64,000 bases of DNA from Takakia lepidozioides (Eukaryota > Plantae > Bryophyta): NCBI GenBank assembly GCA_030704615.1, contig CM060733.1, positions 31,992,001 to 32,056,000 on the forward strand, given 5' to 3'. The notes under the pieces are model-generated. The model did no database searches. It had not been told where the DNA came from and saw only the letters and a program-made list of their open reading frames with translations. Both the position numbers and the translations under genes were made by a program. This document shows, one piece after another, positions 47,408 to 59,070 of the stretch (its first letter is position 1; the number at the start of each line of letters is the position of its first letter).

Positions 47408-50400
47408 TTATGTAGCTTTGATTTTGTGTCTAATCAACTTGACATCATCATCCGGAGCTTCTTCATCCTCATCAAGTTGCAAGTCGTCTTGGTCATCGGA
47501 GTCATCGTCATAAATGGTCCGGCCCTCAAAAGGCACCTCCGAATCATCCTCCACCTCGTTGTCAATGGCCGTGTCTTCGTCTCCTTCTCCAACATCCGTA
47601 TCTTCTAGAGCTTCATCATATAGGGTCCAGGATGCATTGTCCGGGGCGTCATCATCCTCTTCTACCCCCTCTACCCAACCTCCATCATCAGCATCATTAT
47701 GACCAGTCTCTCCGTCCACCGCAATTGCCTTACCCCATGGAGATCCGAGACCATGATAGATACGTCTTCCTCTTGGCTGAGCATGCACAACCACCTTCCA
47801 ATTCCCCCCTCTTGTTTTGTCATCAGAGAAGAAAACTTGCTCCATGTCTGAAGGCCGTGAACAAGACTCATCGGAAGGACGATGAGTAGGGTTGAGCCTA
47901 TCTGCATTGACGCGCATGAAACCACAATCATCTTGCACTAGTGTTGCGGAAGGCCCCACAAGATGTGGCTGGAACCACCTTCTCTTAAAGAGAAGAGGCC
48001 GGTACCTTGTATAATGAAGTTGGAGTATGCTCTCAAGCTCTCCAATGTACTCAAGTTTGCTCATAGCAGATCGTGTATCTCTCTTGCCCCACACGGAGTC
48101 TTGCCAATATGTGGCGCACAAGCCAGAATCAAAGGTTGTTTTGCGCTTCATGTCAAGAGCACGAATGCGGAAATGATGACCGTGAACCCAAACCGCCGTG
48201 TATGAGGTCGCGAATTGAGAGGGACCCCTTACAATGTCTTGCACCAAATCTGAAACCACCTCTCCTTGAGCAATGGCGTCATAAACTGAAGTCTGAAGCC
48301 ACTGTTGGAATGAACTTAGAGACTGCAATTCCATGGGCAAATTTTGTGAAAGAACATTCCGGCGGTCCGCTCCTTGTCATGGGCGTCTAGTAACCGGCCT
48401 TGGATGGTTCCGCCTCCATGCAAGCATCTCCTCCTCTCGTTGTTGAACAAGATTATTGTATCTTGCCTCCCACTCATGTATGGATGGGGTGTTCTTCAGT
48501 ATGAAGTCATGCGCTTGCTCAATCACCAAGGTCGGCAATTCTACCCTCTTCGATTTTTTGTACAAAACGATGTCATTAGTTCGTGCATCCTCCTCTTCCT
48601 TCCACATCCGAGGGGCTTCCTCATCCACCCTTGTTATGTACTCCGTGCAATAGAACATAGCTTCTTGCAACGTATACCCCTCCGCCATGCTACCCTCCGG
48701 GTGCGTCAAAGTCTTCATATAACGCTCAAGGAAGTACATCCACCGAGAATGAACGGGGCCGGCAATTGAAGCCTCTTCCACTAAATGCACTACCAAGTAC
48801 ACTTGGTTGTCAAAGAAGGAGGGAGGAAGGTGCATCTCCGACATACACATTACCTCCGCCGCCTCTTTCTTCATATGTGGAAAATTTTCTTCTTCCAACT
48901 CTTTGGAGCAAATCCACCGGAACAAGCCTCCCAATCTATAGATTGTCTCACGAACCTCGGGAGTCAATGTCCCACGTACTGCAATGGGCAAGATGTCTTG
49001 CAATAGATTGTGGTAGTCATGAGACTTCAAACCATGGACCCCGTCTTCTTCGCTGAACTTCGTACGGAGAGATGACTCGTAACCAGTTGGTGTTCGGACA
49101 ACATTTATGGTGGCTATCACTTTCTTGTATTCCTCTTTTGTCCATTGCCAAGGTGCGCGCCTATACTTCCACCGTATAACATCCTTTGGGTCCACACCAT
49201 TTTGTTCGGCCCATAGATGGCGCATGCGACCCTGCTCCTCAAGCTCTTTTCTAACACCGAAAGAATCTCCTTTTGCAACCACTCCCTTCTTTGTCGGCGT
49301 GCAATGAAGAATCTGAAAAAGGGACGAACAGACATTCTTCTCAATATGCATGGAATCTAGAAGATGACGAATCTTCAGGTCCTATATATATCCCCACCCA
49401 CAAATACTTACACAAATTTTTTTACGTGAAAGTGACAATACAATGCATACCAATTATGCAATATCACATGCCTGCATAAGGATATTGACGGTGTTTTTGT
49501 GGAATATGTACTGCCCAATATGGCAACTCGTAGTAGATTGAAAGTCGTTTCATGCCGGGCACGTCCACTTCACCGTCCGTGCCCGCATAGGCCTCCTTCC
49601 ATCGGTCCTCCCAAAATTGCCCGGACGGTGTCATTGGGGGGGGGGGACGTACTTCCTCTTTGCCATCAAACAAGTGTTTCTCTCTTCTTCTCCATCGATG
49701 GCTCATAAGAAGAAATTTGCGGTAGTTGGGATACACCATCTTGTGAAGATGGCGGGAGCTATATGTATCAAGATCATCGCCACAATGCAAGCATGCATGG
49801 TACCCTTTGGTACTTAGCCCCGAGCAAACAGTTAGTCATGTACTACACATCCTGCCACATTAGCAAAAACAAAAAGTTGTCATGTGCATGGCCCATAATG
49901 TCATCTACCCCACTACGGTGCACAAGACTGTTGCCACTACTTCAATCAATCCCAATCATCATCAATATTATTCGGCATTTACAAGTGAATGTACGCGGGT
50001 TGTTCATGGGGAACATAATATACCTGGATAATCATGCATTGTCCAAAGCAAGATGTCTCTCATCTGAAAAGATTGTCCGGCCATAGGGTCAAGTGAAACA
50101 TCCAATGCCGGGACCCCCCTCCATAGCTCCTTAAGTTCATCAACAAGAGGTCGCAAGTACGTGTCCATGTTTGTCACTTGTTTTTTTCCCTATGAGACAT
50201 TCACATCATTTTTTCAATGCTCCACCAATATGCAAATTAAACTACAGAATGAATTACACGTCTTACTCCATGATTATGTCACTCATCAATCTTGCATCCG
50301 AATTGTGTCAGAGATCAGAAGTTTAATGTAAAGTCTAAGGCAATAATAAACATGAAATGAGTACACTCACCTAGTACAATGGCAGCCAACATGATATGGC

Positions 50401-51661
50401 CTTTTTTAATTGAAAGATACGGAGGGATGTTGTAATTCACCATGGTCACTAGCCAAATGGAATGACTACATGACTGGACAGAGAATGGGTTGACCCCATC
50501 CGAGGAGAAGCCGAGGTGGACATGTCGTGGGTCCTCCAAGAGAAAAGGCCACATCTTTTCAATATGCCTCCATGCTTGTGAATCTTGTGGCCCGCTCACC
50601 TTTCCCGGGGGGGCTCCGATGCGAGGCGTGTCATCTCATGAGTCTGGCCAATTCGGGGCTTCGGTACTGTGCCATCAATCGCGGGATGATCGGAAAGTAA
50701 TGCATTTTCTAGGATGAAATACCCCATGCCCCCCACATGTAATCATCCCATTAGCACACATAATACAACACCCTTATGTTTTTCTCTTTATGCAGCATCT
50801 CCCTCATTTGGGTGTGCATGGTCAAAACCAAACGTCGCTTCTTCCACTCCTCACTCACTCCTTCCAAAACCACAATCAGATCTTGCATGAGTACTACTCT
50901 CTAAACCCTAAACTTTGTGGAATACACTTTACATACATTGAGAAGATTTAAGAAAATAATCTTCATGCGATGGGGAATGGCGCTTATATCTTACGTGATA
51001 CTTTTTTCCCTTGGACATCATCCCGATATCGGTCTTTCTTGCACTTTGGGCACTTGGTGAGACACAAATCCTCTCCGTAGTATAGGGTTTTATCACATGG
51101 ACATGCATAAAAAATCTTATAGCCCATCCCCACAGAGTCCAAGACTTTGCGCGCCTCTTTCCGCGACCGTGGCATCTTGGGTTTCAAGTGTGGAGCAAGG
51201 ATATAGTCTGTAATAGTTCGCATTATGGCAGACATCCCAACATTACTTATGCCAAATCGAATTTGAAGATTGAGCAAAAGTAAAATTGTTGAAAGTCGAC
51301 TCACTTTCGCCCCTTCGTACAAGGGAGTTCTCGCCTCCCTCTCCATGTCATTTGAGGGGGCCATTTCAAGATCATCGATTGGTCGGGTTCCTTCTTCATG
51401 GGATGCATCAGTGCCCACATGATGCATTAAGAGATCCTCCATGGCTTGCACATCCTCCTGGTTAATTCCATGCTCATTGTTGTTGTCACTGTCACTGTCA
51501 CTGTCACTATCATCGTCATCATCGTCCAATACCGTGGGGGCGGCGTCTCGCCCACGGCTCCCGCCTGATGTACTTGGGGTTGTTTTCGGATGGGGTGCCA
51601 AGAGAAAGGACCGGGAAGGGATGGACAAAGTCCTGATACGAACAAATGAACATATGGACAT
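47408..51661 (-). pseudogene. CACTA Tnp2/TnpD-type transposase (Transposase_21, DUF4218 and DUF4216-like regions), disrupted
   Basis: TPLYEGA...ACP..LY...CPKC..RY; AWRH...SSDGVNPF...YNIPP; MHIEKNV; GLKSHDYH; GPVHSRWMYFLERYMKTL; YIGELESI...QVFF..D...WKVV. Confidence 0.92.
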
Positions 51662-52645
51662 ATATTATAATGTGTCCTTGCAACCATACACTTCATTATA
51701 AGCGAAATGCAAACAACAACCTTCAATGTATGCGTGCATCAAATATGTCATTCAATAATTACATGTATGTGCGCAACATACACGCATGCAAAGTTTCAAA
51801 CCCAAACAAAATCATTTGCCCCCCCAATGACGCATTCACCCTATCAACCAATTTTTGTTTATTAATGTGAAAGAAAATCCTCTCATGCCATTGCACCCAA
51901 CAAACGGATGTGGCTCAAGCTTCATTTTTTTCCTACATGTGCTTAAATATGTGTGCAACATCTGTACAAAGATCCAGCAGAACCAAAAAAAAAAAAAAAA
52001 AAAAAACATTTGCCTCCCCAACGACGCACTCACCCTTGCACCAAATTTGAATTAAATCGAATTTAAATGAATTTAAAATAAATATTTACATTTAGAAAAT
52101 ATATGATTGCAGTTTTGAGGGGCGTAATGATAATTTTAGCTCTATTTTGCACAATCATATCATGATCATAATCATAATTTTAGCTCTATTTTGTTTTGTG
52201 ACATCGGGCTTTGCACCACTACATCCATGCAAAAAATTGGACAAAAACAAAATGGAAAAAAAATAAGTGTGTTTCCATGGTCACTTTTGCAAAACTCTCT
52301 ATGAAATGCATGAAGTTGAAAATAACTCAACTTTGGAGTGCAAATGAGAGAACAAAATCTGGTTATTGGTCCAAATGACTTTTGTTTACTCCCAAATTTT
52401 GCACTCACATTGCATATGCTATCATTAAGCATATGGCTTGAAAATGGAATTAAAAAAAAAATCATCTGCAGGCGAAACGCAATTTTCCGTCTCTATGACA
52501 CGTAGCTGCGTTCAACACTAGAATGACCCATTGAATTAACTTGGTTCAAGCTCATATTTGGTCCACATATGCATAAGTATGTTTAGATCACATATGCAAA
52601 GTTGCAACCCACACAAACAACAAGAAAAAAATTTACATCAATCGA

Positions 52646-54233
52646 TTAATTGGATGTATACAAAGTACATCTTGGCGATCCCTGTCTCAAAGGAACCCTA
52701 TTTCTATCATACCCATCCCACTCACGCTGTAATCGGAGGTCCCAATTATCCCGGGAGAACTCGTATAATGCAAATAGTTCGATGCCAGCCCTAATAGTCC
52801 TACTAGCACATGTCATCACAAACATGTGCATCCCCTCACAGTATACTGACGTATGACCACAAAAGCTCTCATGCCCATCGCTTTGCTCGTCCCATACTAC
52901 ATTGGTTCTCCTAGGATGACCAAAAGAACTATTGACTAGCCCAGCAACATTGCCGAAGATGTCGGGGTCACCATCACAAAATCTGGGGCTTCGAGGCGTA
53001 ATGTACGGAACTCCACGGAGGTGTAGTATGGACCGTAGTAGGGAAACAAGTCCACCATGTTGTTTCTCCGAGGAGGAACCACAATATCATTGACCGTGAA
53101 TAAACCTCGACCTATAGCAGGGTCTGTAGCGGCTCTCACAACATACCGTCTCCCCCAATACTCGAACTCCACATTTTCTCGGATGGGGGTGGGAGGGTCG
53201 AGATGATTCCCCCAACAACGAGGCTGGACGATCCTCAGTAACGTAGTCCTATGTGCTTCCCATCGGGGGCGAGGATCCGGCTCAGGCCGCCCAAGCCGAA
53301 GGGGAGGAAACCTAGGGCAAAGCCGACCCCTCCTAGGGGTTCGGGGGGCACATGCACGTGGAGGTGGAGGTAGTACTGCTGGCGGAGGAGATGAAAGTGG
53401 AGGTGGTTGAGGATGTAATGTCGGAGGTGCAGCCGGGGGTACAACGTCCGGATCAGGTACTACCGGAGGTGGATCGGGCAAAGAAACAGACGGGGGGGGG
53501 GGGGGCTTGCTCGTCGCCGGCCATAACGCCTATGACACCTACGATATCCCTCGACCCTACGCATCTCATCTACGTGCTGCTGCGGGAATCAACTGATCAC
53601 ATCAGACACATGCTTTGGCACAAATTCTACAAGTAGACCGGCGTGAAATGCCTCCTGTGCAATGTGATTGCGAGCTTGGGCATCAAGTCGTGGCTGCAAT
53701 GTGCGTAGTGAACGACGCATCAATACTTATGTCGTAATTTTGATTCATGTATGCTTACCAATCATACTATATTATTAGATAAATCTAAATGTACCTTAAA
53801 TGAATGTTAATGAGAGGGGTGAGAAAAACACTCAACTTTGTCACATCCGCAATCTTGTTCTTCTTGTAATGTTTTTCGACAACATGCGGTCGCCGCCTCG
53901 GTGGTCTGGTGCCGCCCGGCGGTATGCGTTCCCAACACTTAGTGCACCAACACTCAATCCTGTCGGGGGGGGGTTAAAGGTGGACGTGGTTGGACGGGGT
54001 GGCCCGCGAGGGGGCAACCCGCGGCGCGCCCAACTCAATCCCGGAGTGTCAACGTCCTCCGCATCACCTGAAATTTGGCCCCGGTCCCTTCTACGATTGT
54101 GCCCGGCAGCTTGTATTGGATCAGGTGCAATGGGTGGCTCCTCGCCACGAAAAACGGTCGCTCTAGGGCCACAATCGATATGTGGTACTACCTCCCCATC
54201 CTCGAGGGAGACGGGTCGATGTTTCCTCACCAT
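52646..54233 (-). pseudogene. CACTA passenger gene: proline-rich N-terminal part and C-terminal SET domain (~53150-52756), frameshifted
   Basis: SET motifs in order: IGRGLFTVNDI...FPYYGP; after a frameshift near 52975, DGDPDIFGNVAGLVNSS...TNV; then CASRTIRAGIELFALYEF. Upstream exons are tentative. Confidence 0.75.
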
Positions 54234-55317
54234 CGCATCCTAATTAACACACACCACCAACACTTTCATTTCTCAAAAACCGTTGGCAAAAAAACCCTAT
54301 GCCTCAGCCTCGGGGCTTTCAAAATTGGTAACCAAAGGCGGAGCATCCCTATGGTGCTAGAGCCCAAGACAATAAATCCTTCCTCTCGTTCTATCTTCAG
54401 GATGCCCACACCATGGAAAAATTTGTTGAGACCCAGCGCTTTGCGATTATCAGATTGAACCACATTTGGGTATATGAATCCTAATTACACCGTTTATCCT
54501 TTTAACCCCAAGACCCACAACCAAAACCGCCAATCCAAAACCCAGCACCATAAAAAAAAAAAAACACCCTAACCCAGTACCATATGAAAAAATAAATAAA
54601 ACAAATAAAAACTAAGAAACCCAAAAGGCCTAAACCCTAAACCCATAAATGTCGGCCGTCACCTCCTGCGACACCCTCGCACCGCATTTGACGATGGGTT
54701 TTTTTCAATTTTTTACCTGGGGGTCATATCCCGCGACGGCAAGCCGTCGCGGGGGGCGACGTGTTTTTTTTATTTATGGGGCCGAGGGTCGCAAGCAACG
54801 ACGGCCGGCCGTCGCAAATATCATTTTTACATTTCAAAAAAAGGGCGGGGCGCAGGCGTGCGACGGCCGGGCGTCGCACGTAGGCGCTGCGTTTTTTTTT
54901 TCCCCTAAGCTTGAAGCATCTCTTTCCCCTCCCATTTTCGTTTGTTCTTCGGGAGAGAGGTAGTTCAGAGAGTGGGGTTTAGGGTGGAGGAGAAACGCAC
55001 CTGCTGCTGAGCCCGAGGTGGTCGCAAGGCCCCAAGGAGTTTGCCCCAACGCCGCTCCGATGCCCAAGGTTAGCACCGCCTCTTCCCTCACTTTCTCTCT
55101 TGTTTTCTTGCCCTAAGCACGGGCTAATGTCTCTCTCCCCTGTTTTGTAGGAACGCCGCACAGAGGCGCGACCTAAACAGAGAGAGAGAAAGAGAGCTGT
55201 GGTGAGCGGGGGAGAGACACCCTGCAGCGGCGGGGACCTGCGCCGTTGGTAGCCGCGACAGCACCGCAGCAGCTCGCTTCAAGCACCAGCAGCCGCAGCA
55301 GCAGAGGTACGTCAGGG

Positions 55318-55740
55318 AAATTGCACTCTCCCTTTCCTCTCTGCTTCTGTTTACTGTTCAAATGTAGTCTTCCTGCCCTGAGTTTAAATTTCGGTCTGGT
55401 ACCAAGAGTGGGATAGGCCCTTGAACGCATCCATGATGTCCTCCCCTATGTCACAGACTGGAAACAGGTTCAGGGAAGTTTTCTTCCTAACTTCATTTTC
55501 ATCGGACAATTTTCTGGTAACAGACATGGCTTTGGACACTATACTCTCTAAGTCATGTTTATCCAGCAAGGTCAAGACTTGCGGGTCCAGATTCAGATCC
55601 TTGAGAATCTATTCTACTCTCTTCTCCCAGGGCTTACCCTGTTTGACAAGGCGGTCTTGTTTCCAAGATATAGAGTCGATTAACTTAGGATATCTGGTAT
55701 TGGACATATGTTGCAGCTGAACCCACCATCTGACCTTGAA
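55318..55740 (-). mobile_element. LINE ORF2 3' fragment (same family as 37940-39430)
   Basis: GTRPKFKLRAG...KQKQRGKGECN matches 58950-59050 and 39085-39120. Confidence 0.75.
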
Positions 55741-57904
55741 TCTATCTTGTCGGGAGCTTAAAAGAGAGCAGCACAGAAGAGAGGGAAGATACTATGTCTT
55801 GTCGGGACATGGACAAGACCAAACAAGGTCTTTGTCAAATTAACGACAAATCAGCCTCATAACAAGGCATTGTCAATCATCCTTCATTCAAAAACCAGTC
55901 TTAAAAAGGCATACATCTGATTTCAAAGTAAATGAAATGAATGGGTGGGGGGTGGGATTACATAAAGAACCCCCCTATATAAATCAGCTTTATATTCAGC
56001 AAAACAGGGACCCAAACAAGTGTTACATGTTTGGGTATGTTTCATATGGAATATTTACAATTGTGCATAGCAAGAATAAGTGGTCAGCTTGCCAAAATTG
56101 CCACCCTTGATTACATTGAAAGCCTGGAAAAGAAGTTCCAGCTTTGTTTTGTTTAACACCTTCACCATATCAGAGCTGCAGACATTTTCTAAGCAAATTA
56201 CACACTAGGGTATAACTAGATACCTTGTTTTTTGTCCCACGACCTGGTTTAAGTCTGGGGCTAGTGTATAAATGCATTAACAAGGTGTTGAATCAAGCAA
56301 GTATTCAGATTGCAACAATTACCACCAATGTCTACATTGCACGCTGGAAAAAGAATTCCAGTGTGTTTTGGTAACACAAACACCATATTAAAACTGCAGA
56401 TATTTTTCTAATCAGTTTACCATCATAGAGTAGTATCACAGGGTCTGAATTGTTCATTCCAACAGGCTAGTAAGCTGCCATGGCATATTTATCCTAAGGC
56501 AACATGAACACAGGGCCTGAATCAACTTCTTAACAGCCAGCAAGTGCTTACCACCATGGACATTGTCCATTAAAAAAGCCAAGCATCCAAGGGCTTGTAA
56601 CCAAAGACATTATCTGGTCAAAGAAGAGCCACCCTACAATTTTGCATGGCACCAAATGTCCTAAAACAGCCTGCTCGTAACAGAATCCAGGCTTTCCAAG
56701 GTTTACAATAAAGGACAATGTTTGGTAAAAAAAACAGAGCTTCCCCACTTTGCTGCTTGGTACTAGATATCTTAAAACAGCCAGCTCGTCATATAATTGC
56801 TCCGGTGTCACAACAGAAGGCCACAGGGAACAAGAGAGAAATATCCTAATGAATCGTTGTCCACCATAGAAGGTTAAGAACAAAGGCCAGAAATATCAAT
56901 GCAAAGAGGCAGAAAGAGGTCTTCTCCCCCAAAGATACAGAAGTTGCGGCGTCGCATCAGTAGCTCGATTTCATTCAACTTCAAGCTCAAAGAATCATAT
57001 TAAGTGAGGACCCTCACCTGGTCCCATCACAAGCCCCCACAAAAACCGACAGGTTAGTAAGGATTGTGGAACCCCAGGTGAATCACAGGTCTCACGCTTG
57101 TTATCGCTGTACAACATGCATTCCAAAGCAGGAGTAGAAAGAAATCAGAGCATAAACAAGCCATCACCTTGATGGTTTGCGGAAGAGAAGCCTGCGAAAT
57201 GGCTCCCAAGACCAACAAACAACAAAACACAAAAAGAATTGCCCAAGCATTTTAACAGGTTCATTCACTTCCCTGAGGTCTTAAGATGCGCCACTGTATC
57301 TTAATGATCAATGAAGGGCACAACAAACGATCACAAGTTGAGTAGATCGCCCGCCAACATGAGAGACAACCGCCACAGGGAAATTGAAGGCACTGCCGCC
57401 ATTGTGCACCCCAAGAGAGGAAGAAAGTACTGGAATCTTGCCAGAAACCCTGCAGACCTTAATTACACAGCACCATAGTAATCAAAGGCCCTGAACGGGG
57501 CTCAATGCGCACTCCGCCACCATCCCTCAGTTCCAACAAACCTTAAGCACGATTGTCGTGCAGAAAATTAGGGCAGGGAGGAGATGAAGCTATTTCCCCG
57601 CGATTTCATCCGCACGGGATGAAATCCATCAACAAACGGTTGATAAAATCCCGATTTTTCATCCCTGTGTCATCTGCCAAGGATGACATCTAGATAGGGA
57701 TGAAAATCATTTGGCATTCATTAGGATAGAAACCTCATGACCTTATAAACCAAAGATCCAAGTAGGGTAATTAACCGAAATTAACCAGATTCGGACGTCA
57801 TCCGTAAAGTAAAAAATCAGCCGGTATGGCTGAATTCTGTTAAAGATAAATCCACCATCTGATGACTTCATCATCAACAGATCATCCAGTATGGACGAAG
57901 TCAT

Positions 57905-58470
57905 CTGCACTTCCCTGCACCTCCACCGCAAATAAACTCGCATCAGGTAATTGGTCGTCTACTCCTGTGGCGGGCTCTCCTGTTGCTAGGCGTGACAAGT
58001 GATCTGCCACAAGATGCAAACGGCCAGGCTTGTAAACAACTTCGAACTCAAACTCGTGCAAGATTATTAACCACCTTGTTATCCTTCCACTTATCAAAGG
58101 TTTGTTCACCAGATATATCAGAGCCTGGTGATCCACATAAAACATAAACTTCCTTCCCAATAGGTAATGCCTGAATTTCTTGACTGCATAAATCATTGCC
58201 AGTGCTTCTCTTTCAGTTGTGCTATAGTTCCTTTCAGCACTGTTCATCAACCTGCTAGCATAGTACATAGGTGAATCTATATTTCCTGTAACATTTTGGA
58301 CTAACACGGCTCCCAACGCTTCTTCTGAGGCATCACAGTGAACATTAAATACTACATGCCAGTGAGGGTTAATCAGCACAGGTGTAGTTGTTACTGACAA
58401 TGTAAGTTCCTCAAAAGCCTGTTGACATTCAGCTGTCTATGCAAACACTGCATCTTTCTTCAGAAGCTTG
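57905..58470 (-). mobile_element. Ty3/gypsy RT-RNase H fragment (different lineage from the 4019 element)
   Basis: HCDASEEALGAVL...AERNYSTTEREALAMIYAVKKFRHYLLG...DHQAL...VADHLSR. Confidence 0.88.
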
Positions 58471-58629
58471 AGGGAGAGAGAGGGAGAGAGAGGGAGTGAG
58501 AGGGAGACATCAGGGGGCAACAAAGAAAGAAAAGAAAGTGGGGGTGGGAGTGACTGAGCAGCTGCTGCTGCTCAGTCACTCCCCCCCCCCACATTTTTTT
58601 TTTTTCTTTGTTGCCCCCTCTCTTGGGAA

Positions 58630-59070
58630 AACAAAAGGGACAGATCCTACCTCTGTCAGAGGCTGACGTTGGTAGTAAGACTTACCTTCACATATAGAAT
58701 TAATCCGGGTTTTCCAGATATCCTCTACAAATCCCTTCACACAAGCATCAATCTGCTGTGTGTGAGTTGCCCAAAAACTAGGCCTCAGAAGGGGCTGGGC
58801 TTTTGGCTCAGCCTCGACTTTTTCAAAGTTAGTAAACAGAGGTACATGCACAATTCCCTTGATAGATTTGAAGATAGCGTCTCTTTGGTGAGAGAACCCC
58901 GGACAGTGTATCAGAAAATGAATAATGTCTTCAGGTTGCCCACACAACGGGCAATTGCACTCTCCCGATCCTCTCTGCTTCTGTTTGCTTATAAAGGAAG
59001 GCTTCATGCCCCGAGTTTAAATTTCAGTCTAGTGCCGAGAGTGGGTAGACCCTTGAGGTCATCCAAGATC
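58630..59070 (-). mobile_element. LINE ORF2 C-terminal CCHC fragment
   Basis: CPLCGQPEDIIHFLIHC; downstream residues nearly identical to ORF 39133..39366. Confidence 0.85.

Larger units (their letters stand above)
46492..54900 (-). mobile_element. CACTA (En/Spm) DNA transposon; second terminus not found
   Basis: CACTACAG terminus at 46492, GCGACG/CGTCGC subterminal repeats at both ends, inverted subterminal blocks 47097-47180 and 54550-54643, internal Tnp2-type transposase. Confidence 0.9.

Noticed and set aside
54625-54645. AAACCCTAAA telomere-like motifs (also 59726)
   Set aside because: Only one or two units inside TE subtermini; not an interstitial telomere array.
54900-55320. Second terminus and TSD of the CACTA element
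   Set aside because: No TAGTG end with a matching AAT duplication was found; the end appears lost or displaced.
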